Source: an uncultured candidate division Zixibacteria bacterium
GTDB taxonomy: Bacteria > Zixibacteria > MSB-5A5 > GN15 > PGXB01
Direction: 5' to 3'
Assembly: GCA_963702205.1 (NCBI GenBank)
Contig: OY969724.1
Coordinates: forward strand, 2,592,001-2,656,000
Length of the DNA stretch: 64,000 bases
Below the pieces are notes generated by a model, which searched no databases, was not told the origin of the DNA, and saw only the letters and a list, made by a program, of their open reading frames with translations. The number at the start of each line of letters is the position of its first letter. Positions within the stretch are counted from its first letter, which is position 1. Both the position numbers and the translations under genes were made by a program. Shown here one piece after another: positions 49,113-57,204 of this stretch.

Positions 49113-50273
49113 TTAGCGTGTTTGATGGACTTGTTTCTGCAGCGATTCCAGTTCTTTTTCAAGTCCGGAGATTAGATTTTGCAGGGAATCGACCCGGTTC
49201 GTGTTTTCCTGGCTGACGAAATTGGTTCTCCCCGGTTCCTGGGCGTTTATCGACGCCGACGCCAGAGTCGCCTGTATCAATATGGCCCGGGAATTGCGGA
49301 CAACCTGAAGACTTACTTGCGACCCCGGCAGCGACTGCATGATATAGTGCATCAGTTCACTGGCCGAAAGTACCGGAAGGGTGTTAATACCGGTAATAAT
49401 GTCGCCCGTTTTAATCCCCGCTCTGCACGCGGGAGAATCCTTTACCACGTCCGTCACGAACGCCCCGTTGATTAAATTCTGGCTCTTGGCGGGCCTTTCC
49501 AGGGCATTATTGTCTTCGTAGTACTCGATATCGGCCGAACTTATGCCGAGATACCCGGCCTTTCTCGAACCGCAGCATTTCATCTGGGCTATAATGTTGC
49601 TCAACTGATAGGCCGGAATGGCCACGCCCGTCTGCGTCTCGATGCCGTTGCCGAAACCCGATACGATCAGCCCGGCCAGCTGGCCGGTCATGGTAAACAG
49701 ACCGCCGCCGATGGATCCCGAAGATATTGGCGCCGTGAACTGAAGATTGCCATCACTACGCACGCCGACACAAAATCCGAGACTCGGAGCGGTCGACATG
49801 CCGTAGGCGTTCCCGAGCGCGATCACCATCTGTCCCAGCCGGGGTTCATCGTCGTAAAAATTAACGGCCGGAACCGGTGGAATATCGGCCTTGAGAAGAG
49901 CCAGCCCGGTTCGATAATCGATACCGATCAATTCCGCCTGATAAGCTTTTTTATCGAGCCAGACATAATGCTGCGGGAAACCGTAGACGGATGCCGCTGC
50001 TGTCATGATTAAACCCGAGGAATCGACGATTATACCGCTGGAAATGAGATTCATGGACGTCCGTGAGGAATTAGCGGCCGCTTCACTGGTCCGTGACGCG
50101 ACCGCCTCGACCGTCACGATGAAGCGGGACGAGGCGTTAATAAGTCGCTCCAGGTGCATATCGAGACTGTCTAATGTCATCGATGAAGATGGAGCGGCTA
50201 CCGATAAAAATGCCGCCGAAATTATGAATATCATCAAATTTCTGGCGGCAAAACTGGAGTTAGGCTTTAGCAT
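49113..50273 (-). CDS. HtrA/DegP-like S1C + PDZ protein with degenerate catalytic triad
   Basis: SGIIVDSSGLIMT, GQMVIALGNAYG, GYLGI, SPACRAGIKTGDII. His, Asp and Ser positions are substituted. Start taken as the ATG at 50273. Confidence 0.85.
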   Translation of the reverse strand: MLKPNSSFAARNLMIFIISAAFLSVAAPSSSMTLDSLDMHLERLINASSRFIVTVEAVASRTSEAAANSSRTSMNLISSGIIVDSSGLIMTAAASVYGFPQHYVWLDKKAYQAELIGIDYRTGLALLKADIPPVPAVNFYDDEPRLGQMVIALGNAYGMSTAPSLGFCVGVRSDGNLQFTAPISSGSIGGGLFTMTGQLAGLIVSGFGNGIETQTGVAIPAYQLSNIIAQMKCCGSRKAGYLGISSADIEYYEDNNALERPAKSQNLINGAFVTDVVKDSPACRAGIKTGDIITGINTLPVLSASELMHYIMQSLPGSQVSLQVVRNSRAILIQATLASASINAQEPGRTNFVSQENTNRVDSLQNLISGLEKELESLQKQVHQTR

Positions 50274-50274
50274 T

Positions 50275-50991
50275 TTAGAACGTTTCCTGCACCTCCCTGA
50301 CGGCATCGGTTTGTGGTGTAATATAATTCCTAATTACCGGCTGCCCCAGAGGAGCTACAAATGTCTGACCGTTTTGCTGGAATAGAATAAAGCCGCCGCG
50401 AAACGGAATACGACCGAAATTCGAAAAACCATTATTGCTTCCGGCCAGTTGATTCATATAGCCACGAATACGATTGGCCCGCGCCATGTGACGGTTGAAC
50501 TCCCACTGCTGGTCGACGTGTTGAGCCAGAACGTGATTGTCGTTCGGCTGAGCAGTCAGATAACGATCATCCGTATTGACACTGGCGGGCGATACGTTTT
50601 CGGCCATAACAGGTGATTGATCGGGAACGGAAAACGGTCCGAAGCCTCCGGCAAAAACGAACGCCAGCACGAGGCAGGCCGTGGCCGACACCGAGACAAC
50701 TGTCCGCACTCCGAAAGCCGGAGCCTTTTTGGGCAGGTAGGCTTTCTTGCGCGTTTCCTTGAATCTTTCATCGGCGATACGGTTCAAAAGCCGGGTGTTA
50801 AAGTCACCGGAAACCTCCGGTTGTTCCAGCTTAAGTTTATTTTTGGCTACCGCCAGTTCCCGGAAAATCATTTCTTCCCGTCGGCATTCGGGACAACTGT
50901 CAAGGTGGTACACAACTTCCCTCTGACGCGTCCCCGAAAGCTCGCCATTACAGTAAGCTGACAGGAAGGAGCGTACCTTTCGACAACGCAT
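50275..50991 (-). CDS. Zinc-binding anti-sigma factor (zf-HC2/ZAS), single TM
   Basis: MRC..VR..LSAY..GEL, HLDSCPEC (HxxxCxxC), central TM. GGAGG SD before the ATG at 50991. Confidence 0.92.
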   Translation of the reverse strand: MRCRKVRSFLSAYCNGELSGTRQREVVYHLDSCPECRREEMIFRELAVAKNKLKLEQPEVSGDFNTRLLNRIADERFKETRKKAYLPKKAPAFGVRTVVSVSATACLVLAFVFAGGFGPFSVPDQSPVMAENVSPASVNTDDRYLTAQPNDNHVLAQHVDQQWEFNRHMARANRIRGYMNQLAGSNNGFSNFGRIPFRGGFILFQQNGQTFVAPLGQPVIRNYITPQTDAVREVQETF

Positions 50992-51550
50992 TGTATTCCT
51001 CCATTCTCGGTTGCAATTTTTCCCGAAGCAAAGCCCGGGCACGGTTAACGCGGGACTTGACCGTCCCAAGCGGTATGTGCATTATTTTTGCGACTTCATC
51101 ATAAGGTTGTTCTTCGATATCGCGCAGGATAAAAGCGGTGCGATACTTTTCGGGAAGGTCCTCCACCGCCTTTTTCAGCGCCTGCGGCAGATTGGTCGGG
51201 ACTTTCATCTCAACCGCTATTTCATTTTCCTTGCCCTGCATGTCGTCGATATCGAAAAATTTGAAACGTTTACGTTTCCTCAGCTCGTTGCGAGCCAGAT
51301 TCAAAGCGATCGTATAAAGCCACGTGGAAAAACAGTGGCGGAAATCAAATGAATCCCGGTGCTGATATACTCTGACGAATGTTTCCTGCACTATATCCTC
51401 GGCTTCTTCCTGACTTTGAATCATCCTTATTATGACGTTCATCAAGCGGTTTTTGTAACGATCCACAATTTTGCCAAAGGCAACCATGTCACCGTTCTGA
51501 ACCCTCTTGAAAAGGTCATAATCTATGTTCTTTTCAGTTCCTTCAGCCAC
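50948..51550 (-). CDS. ECF RNA polymerase sigma factor (RpoE/SigW-like)
   Basis: AEDIVQETF, FSTWLYTIA.N, LPEKYR, GTVKSRVNRAR. GTG start at 51550 after GAAAGG. Confidence 0.95.
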   Translation of the reverse strand: MAEGTEKNIDYDLFKRVQNGDMVAFGKIVDRYKNRLMNVIIRMIQSQEEAEDIVQETFVRVYQHRDSFDFRHCFSTWLYTIALNLARNELRKRKRFKFFDIDDMQGKENEIAVEMKVPTNLPQALKKAVEDLPEKYRTAFILRDIEEQPYDEVAKIMHIPLGTVKSRVNRARALLREKLQPRMEEYNALSKGTLLPVSLL

Positions 51551-51578
51551 ATCATACCTTTCGTTGGCAGTTATAAGT

Positions 51579-51605
51579 GTTACACTTAACCATATTATTG
51601 GTTCC
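51579..51605 (-). promoter_or_regulatory. Putative ECF autoregulatory promoter
   Basis: GGAACC-16 nt-GTAAC, about 30 nt upstream of the sigma start. Confidence 0.6.
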
Positions 51606-51969
51606 ACTTTTTATATAAAATAGTTTCAACATATGTCATTGCCACTTATTACTTTACAAAATTCAATACGTTTGCAAATGTCCTTTTAGCCAGACTTAAG
51701 GCAAAATCCATACTAATCCGGCCCACTTTCTGAAAATATATACTTTTCCGCTTGTCGCCCACCAACTTAAAAACTTTGTTTTTTATCCTCTCAAACATCA
51801 GGGCGACAATCAGGGTGAATAATTCAAGTGCAAATACCATGGAAGCCGAACAGATATTGTGCGGCGCTACTTGAAGCGCATGGCTATGCTAATGTGCGAC
51901 ATACGGTTACAAACACCGTAAATTCGGCGCGAGTTTTGCTCTATAGAATGACGTGAGATTAGTTTTATA

Positions 51970-51998
51970 TTGACCCATTATTGGGCGAATCCTATTAT
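51970..51998 (+). promoter_or_regulatory. Putative sigma70 promoter of the outer-membrane gene cluster
   Basis: TTGACC-17-TATTAT. Confidence 0.5.
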
Positions 51999-52041
51999 CG
52001 GTGTTAAGGAACACGCGCAGAAATACCCATTGGAGGGGATA

Positions 52042-52833
52042 ATGGAGAAATATTTTAAAATACTGTTATTTATGATTCTTATGCCCATGATAATGCCGAA
52101 TCTCGGTCGGGCGCAGGTCGACGAAACCCAGTCGCTTTATGACCTTCCACCTCGGTGGTTGATCGACTGCCCGACCTCAATGACGCTGCCGCGCGGCTGC
52201 TTTGACGTCATTATGCGGGTTTACCCCAATGGCGGGATTCTCGGCAGCACGTCCATAGGCCTTACCAATCGTTTCACGGTCGGCGTATCCTACGGATCCG
52301 AAGGCATCATCGCCGACGCCCAGCCCAACTGGAACCCCCAAATGGAATTCAATGTCAAACTGGGACTTATCGAGGAATCGATATATTTTCCCGGTTTCGC
52401 GATCGGATTCAATTCGCAGGGACAGGGCTCATACGACGCTCAGCAAAAAAGATACACCTATAAGTCCAAGGGTTTTTATGCGGTCGCGTCCCGATCGTTT
52501 TATTTCATGAACGGGGTATTCAGCGGGCACGCCGGGGTGAATTATTCGCTCGAAAACGAAGTCGACAAGGACGATGATCCGACGGCGTTTTTCGGAATTG
52601 ACACCCGCTTCAATTACAACGTCGGTTTCGTGATGGAGTACGACCTGGCGCTTAACGATAACAAAGCTGCGCAAAGGTACGGAAAAGGGCGCGGCTACCT
52701 TAACATGGGCCTGCGCTGGCTTTATTCCGAAAATCTTGAAATCGAAGTGATATTCAAGAATCTGCTGAACAACCGTCACGACGTTAATTCATTTGGTCGC
52801 GGCCTGCGTTTAACATATATTGAGTACTTCTAA
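52042..52833 (+). CDS. YjbH-domain outer-membrane beta-barrel protein
   Basis: Signal peptide, LIDCPT..TLPRG, alternating beta strands, MEYD, GYLNMGLRW, terminal Phe. GGAGG SD. Confidence 0.7.
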   Translation: MEKYFKILLFMILMPMIMPNLGRAQVDETQSLYDLPPRWLIDCPTSMTLPRGCFDVIMRVYPNGGILGSTSIGLTNRFTVGVSYGSEGIIADAQPNWNPQMEFNVKLGLIEESIYFPGFAIGFNSQGQGSYDAQQKRYTYKSKGFYAVASRSFYFMNGVFSGHAGVNYSLENEVDKDDDPTAFFGIDTRFNYNVGFVMEYDLALNDNKAAQRYGKGRGYLNMGLRWLYSENLEIEVIFKNLLNNRHDVNSFGRGLRLTYIEYF

Positions 52834-52856
52834 ATTACTTGCCGAAGGGTTTTGAA

Positions 52857-53411
52857 ATGCGACGATTCCTGAGATGGTTCTTCCCGCTCGCGACGGCAGC
52901 GATAGTCTGCATGGGTTGCTATACCGTACTGGTGCATCCCGGCACGGAAGAGGATTATTCCAGCCACGACTATCAGCAGAATTGCACCGATTGTCATTCC
53001 GATTATCACGAATACCCTTATGGTTATTTCTATGGCGATTATCCCGATTACTGGTGGGATACGCCGCGTTACGGCCATTATTACGCTTATCCCTGGTGGT
53101 GGGATTATTATTGGTACACCGAGAAACCGCACCGTCAGAGCATAACCGATGGCGGTGACCAGGCCCCCGAAGTTCGCGGTGAGGCAAAAAAAATCGAGCG
53201 CCGACAGACTTTGCGTCCGCCCTATTCCGATGATATACCCACGATCAGCCGGGACGGTTACAATACCGGCGGCGGGACAACGACGGGAACAGCCGGCGGC
53301 AGCACCGGCGGTAATTCCGGGTCGACGACCGGCTCGGCCAATTCCAAAACTCAGGACAAAAAACCGGAATCGAAAAAGACACCGCGCCGTGACACCGGGA
53401 GAAAAAAATGA
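52857..53411 (+). CDS. Lipoprotein with a single CxxCH motif, Tyr/Trp-rich segment and disordered basic tail
   Basis: Lipobox CMGC, CTDCH, a 40-aa stretch with 14 Tyr and 6 Trp, Gly/Thr/Ser tail ending PRRDTGRKK. Confidence 0.8.
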   Translation: MRRFLRWFFPLATAAIVCMGCYTVLVHPGTEEDYSSHDYQQNCTDCHSDYHEYPYGYFYGDYPDYWWDTPRYGHYYAYPWWWDYYWYTEKPHRQSITDGGDQAPEVRGEAKKIERRQTLRPPYSDDIPTISRDGYNTGGGTTTGTAGGSTGGNSGSTTGSANSKTQDKKPESKKTPRRDTGRKK

Positions 53412-54814
53412 TCCGGCGTCTTTGCCTTCTGATTTCCCTATGTGCTCTTATATGTACCGGTGCTTTCGCACAGGTGTCCTATATTGAAAGCGTTCAGGAA
53501 ATAACGGCCGGCAATTATGCCGGGATCGGCGCCCGCCAGATGGCTATGGGCGGGACCGGCATTATGGCCATCGACGGCACCGCCTTGTTTCACAATCCGG
53601 CCAATCTTTCACGAGTCCCCCGGATCGAATTCATGTTCGGTCTCAGCAATCAGAAATATAAAGACAATTCCTCGGTACGTCCCGACCAGCTCCTGGTCGA
53701 TACGCTGACGGGTTTTACACAGATGAACCAGGGCTACAGATTTGACGGCTTCACGCCGTTGTCCGGGACCGCCGAAGACAATAAATCGAATACGCGCATA
53801 AGTAACGCCATATTGACTATCCCCTACCCGACCTATCGGGGCTCGCTTGTCATCGGTCTGGGCGTGGCCCGTGTGGCCGATTTTGACCGGGTCTTCTCTT
53901 TCGCGCATCTCGACCGATCGGTCGACGGCGACATCAGCGCCTCCGGCGAGGAATTTCAATCCGGCTCGTTGTATCAATGGTCCGGTGGATTCGGGATGGA
54001 GCTCTCGCCCCGGGTGGCGGTTGGCGCTTCGGTTTCATTATATACCGGCACGAACAACTACGACTTCGCATACAAACTCGATTCCATCGGTTATTTATAT
54101 TTCCAAAGCGATAAGTACATAACCGATAAGTATCTCGGTGTCGGGGCGAAAATCGGGATGTCCATGCAGGTCAATTATTATTTCGCATTCGGGATTACGG
54201 TGGAATCACCGTCCATAATGGACATTAGCGAAGATTATTCACAGCGCTATACAGAAGTCGATGATGGTATTGCGCAACCTGACTATATTGAGGGTGGTTC
54301 AGTAAACTATAACCTTAAGAGGCCTTTCGTTTTTTCGTTAGGAGCACAAATCGAAAAAAACAACGCCTTGCTCGAGGGTAACGCCAGCTACACCGACTGG
54401 TCGCAAATGTCATACAGCGACAATCCCGGAATGGAGCAGGAAAACAAATATATAAAGACATTTTATCGCGACGTGCTTCGCTATAGCATCGGAGCCGAAT
54501 ATGTCATACCGTCGCTAAGTCTTTCTATTCGCGGCGGACTTTTCAGCGATCCCCTGCCCTTTAAGGATCAGTTTATCAACAACAACCGTAACGGCTATTC
54601 ATTAGGTCTTGGAGTTCTTATAGACCAGGTTCTTACGATTGACCTCGCATATGTGCACGGATCATATAGCCGAAATTCAAACTTGCTTTATGGTTTTGAT
54701 TCAATCGAAGATCCAAATAATCCGGGTCAATTCAGGGGCTATGATCATTATCTCGTCATGGATGAAGATATATCGTACAACAGAATCTATTTAACCGCGG
54801 CCAGTCGGTTCTAA
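53408..54814 (+). CDS. OmpP1/FadL-family outer-membrane transporter
   Basis: GARQMAMGG, ALFHNPANL, IGAEY, IDLAY, terminal Phe. Overlaps the lipoprotein stop (ATGA). Confidence 0.85.
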   Translation: MIRRLCLLISLCALICTGAFAQVSYIESVQEITAGNYAGIGARQMAMGGTGIMAIDGTALFHNPANLSRVPRIEFMFGLSNQKYKDNSSVRPDQLLVDTLTGFTQMNQGYRFDGFTPLSGTAEDNKSNTRISNAILTIPYPTYRGSLVIGLGVARVADFDRVFSFAHLDRSVDGDISASGEEFQSGSLYQWSGGFGMELSPRVAVGASVSLYTGTNNYDFAYKLDSIGYLYFQSDKYITDKYLGVGAKIGMSMQVNYYFAFGITVESPSIMDISEDYSQRYTEVDDGIAQPDYIEGGSVNYNLKRPFVFSLGAQIEKNNALLEGNASYTDWSQMSYSDNPGMEQENKYIKTFYRDVLRYSIGAEYVIPSLSLSIRGGLFSDPLPFKDQFINNNRNGYSLGLGVLIDQVLTIDLAYVHGSYSRNSNLLYGFDSIEDPNNPGQFRGYDHYLVMDEDISYNRIYLTAASRF

Positions 54815-54821
54815 ATAAATC

Positions 54822-55550
54822 CTATATCAGATCCCAGCGACCCAGGATAAATTTCACGAAATCCGCGATCTTCCTGAATGCTTTCTCCTGGAATTCTTTG
54901 GCTTTGATTGGATCGAAGTCGGGGACGCCTTCGCCTTCCTTGTAAAGCAGAATGCTCCCCGGCACCGGATAGACAAATGCGGCCGGATTAAAGGCATACA
55001 CGAGATCACCGCTGAACTGCGCCTGGTCGACCAGCTTTTCATCTATTGCCTGCACCATGGCCGTCTCGTTGTTACCGGCATGGCCGCCTTCTTCGCCATA
55101 GACTTCGCGCGTGACGTCCTCACATAGATCCCACCACTGTATCACGGCAATCTTGACGCCGCTGTCGTAGAAAAAGCCGTAGGCGACGTCTTTTAGCACT
55201 GAGTCATTGCCGCCGTGGCCGTTGAGGACGATGATCCGCTCGAATCCAACGTCGGCCAGGCTGTCGAGTATATCGCGCACGTACTGCCCGAAAGATTCCG
55301 GAGTGACCGTTATCGACCCGGGGTAACCATAGAGCGACTTGGTTACGCCGTAATTCACCGTCGGGGCAATCAGGGCATCGATCTGATCCGCGACGTAATC
55401 CGCAATCGATTCCGGGATAAAATTATCGGTTCCGATGGCCGCCGCTCCGTGCGCTTCGACCGTACCGATCGGAAGGATTACGGTCCGGGTGCCGCCTTCC
55501 AGTGCGGCCCGCACCTGCATCCAGGTCAATTCCTGTAATTTTTTACTCAT
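54822..55550 (-). CDS. Creatininase-family protein
   Basis: LPIGTVEAHG..GTD, NGHGGN, HAGNNET. Confidence 0.92.
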   Translation of the reverse strand: MSKKLQELTWMQVRAALEGGTRTVILPIGTVEAHGAAAIGTDNFIPESIADYVADQIDALIAPTVNYGVTKSLYGYPGSITVTPESFGQYVRDILDSLADVGFERIIVLNGHGGNDSVLKDVAYGFFYDSGVKIAVIQWWDLCEDVTREVYGEEGGHAGNNETAMVQAIDEKLVDQAQFSGDLVYAFNPAAFVYPVPGSILLYKEGEGVPDFDPIKAKEFQEKAFRKIADFVKFILGRWDLI

Positions 55551-55552
55551 AA

Positions 55553-56302
55553 CTAAATATGCCTGTTTAAAATTCGTTCAAGGACTTTTTCCGTTTCGCG
55601 GGCCTTGTCTTCGTCACCTTCCAGACGATATTGATTTATGTCCCTTACGAGAAATTCGAGGTCCTCCGGATGCTCGACGGCGTACCACATTTCCATCTCG
55701 GACCATGACAGCCCCTTTTCATTGAATTCTTCCGCCACTTCGGAATAAATTCGTGGCGAGCGCCAGTCGAAATCGGCCAGGTTCACATGATACTCACCCG
55801 ACATCCCGATCAGGTAATACCGTCCCTCAACCGTCGGGCCGAAGACGGCGTCCGATTTTTTCAAAAGCTTCAGGGCCAGCTTGAGCATTTTTCCGTTTAA
55901 GGTGGGCGTCCGCGAACCGATGAAAATAACGTGTTTGTAGCCATCGTCGAAACACTCGCGGAAAACGACGTCCATTTTCAGCCCCCACCGCTCGGGCTCC
56001 AGCTTCCGCACTTTGAGCCTGTCCTCCAGTGCTTTTGCCTTATTGCCCGAAAACCGTCCGGCCAGGTAGTGCATAATGGTTTCGACCGATTTGCGAGTGT
56101 GGGGATAATCGGCATAGTACATATAAAAATCGGGGCCGGGAATATCGAGGATATTATTGATGGTATCGGCGATGAAGGCCTGATGCAAAAACGACAAGGC
56201 CTCAAGTGAAAATTCGTCGCCGAGGCTCAGCTCCGAACCGTCTTCGGTAATCTCCTGGATACAAATCGCCAGCGCCGTATCATTTTTCTTTTTGGTCGGC
56301 AT
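55553..56302 (-). CDS. DUF2064 / TIGR04282-like GT-A-fold protein
   Basis: VIFIGSRTP, AVFGPTVEGRYYLIG, WRS, WYAVEHPEDL. Confidence 0.75.
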   Translation of the reverse strand: MPTKKKNDTALAICIQEITEDGSELSLGDEFSLEALSFLHQAFIADTINNILDIPGPDFYMYYADYPHTRKSVETIMHYLAGRFSGNKAKALEDRLKVRKLEPERWGLKMDVVFRECFDDGYKHVIFIGSRTPTLNGKMLKLALKLLKKSDAVFGPTVEGRYYLIGMSGEYHVNLADFDWRSPRIYSEVAEEFNEKGLSWSEMEMWYAVEHPEDLEFLVRDINQYRLEGDEDKARETEKVLERILNRHI

Positions 56303-56338
56303 TTACTGTTCCATAAAGTATGGCTGTTTATTCGCCCC

Positions 56339-56367
56339 AATATAAAAAAGGCCGGGACAGCCGTCAA
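56339..56367 (-). promoter_or_regulatory. Putative sigma70 promoter
   Basis: TTGACG-17-TATATT upstream of the DUF2064 gene. Confidence 0.45.
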
Positions 56368-56399
56368 CCGTGTGCCATTAATTTTTAAGAAATTTAATA

Positions 56400-57140
56400 T
56401 CAGCCGATCGATTCAAGTCCGGGAAACATTTCCAGAAGTTTGTTGGCGAGAATATTCAGAAGATTGAAAAAGATCAGCACCCCGATAATCATCAGCAATA
56501 CGCCGGAAATAATCTCCACGGCCCGGAAATGTCTTTTGATGAATCCGAAGAAACCGATCAGGTAATTAAATAGCAAAGCCGTCAAAATGAAAGGTATTCC
56601 CAGTCCGGCGGAGTAAAACGCCAAAAGTATTATTCCCTTGCCGACCGTCCCCTGGCTGGCCGCGACAGTCAGAATCGATCCCAGAATCGGGCCAATACAG
56701 GGCGTCCAGCCGAAGGCGAATGCCATTCCGATCAAGATCGATCCGATGACGCCGAATTTCTTCTGCCCGGCGTGAATGCGTTTTTCATAGTTCAACGCCC
56801 GGATTTTAAAAACACCGGCCACGTGCAGGCCGAACAGGAATATCAGCACCCCGCCGATTTTGTTGAACAGGATGATATTGTCGCGCAGCCATCCGCCGAC
56901 GAAGGAAGCCGACGCACCCAGAGCTATAAAGACCAGTGAAAAGCCGACCACGAAAAAGATCGTGTTGATCGCGACCCGGGCGAGGTGGGCCGACGCCTTT
57001 TCTTTATCGGTCAGTTCTTCGAGCGATACCCCGGAAATGAACGATATATAACCGGGTATTAACGGGAGAACACACGGCGAGACGAAAGACAGGGCTCCGG
57101 CCAAAAAGGCGCTGAAATATCCGACGGTTGCTTCAAACAT
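56400..57140 (-). CDS. ccdA: Cytochrome c biogenesis / thiol-disulfide transporter CcdA
   Basis: SFVSPCVLPLIPGY, FGWTPCIGPIL, YSAGLGIPF. Confidence 0.95.
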   Translation of the reverse strand: MFEATVGYFSAFLAGALSFVSPCVLPLIPGYISFISGVSLEELTDKEKASAHLARVAINTIFFVVGFSLVFIALGASASFVGGWLRDNIILFNKIGGVLIFLFGLHVAGVFKIRALNYEKRIHAGQKKFGVIGSILIGMAFAFGWTPCIGPILGSILTVAASQGTVGKGIILLAFYSAGLGIPFILTALLFNYLIGFFGFIKRHFRAVEIISGVLLMIIGVLIFFNLLNILANKLLEMFPGLESIG

Positions 57141-57204
57141 GACGGTCCTTTACGGTTTCTTTTATTATACCGGAATAAATCAGGAATGGGCGCGAAGGCA
57201 AGTA

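Noticed and set aside
51649..51840. 63-aa - strand ORF upstream of the ECF sigma gene
   Set aside because: AT-rich intergenic sequence with no clear SD or motif.
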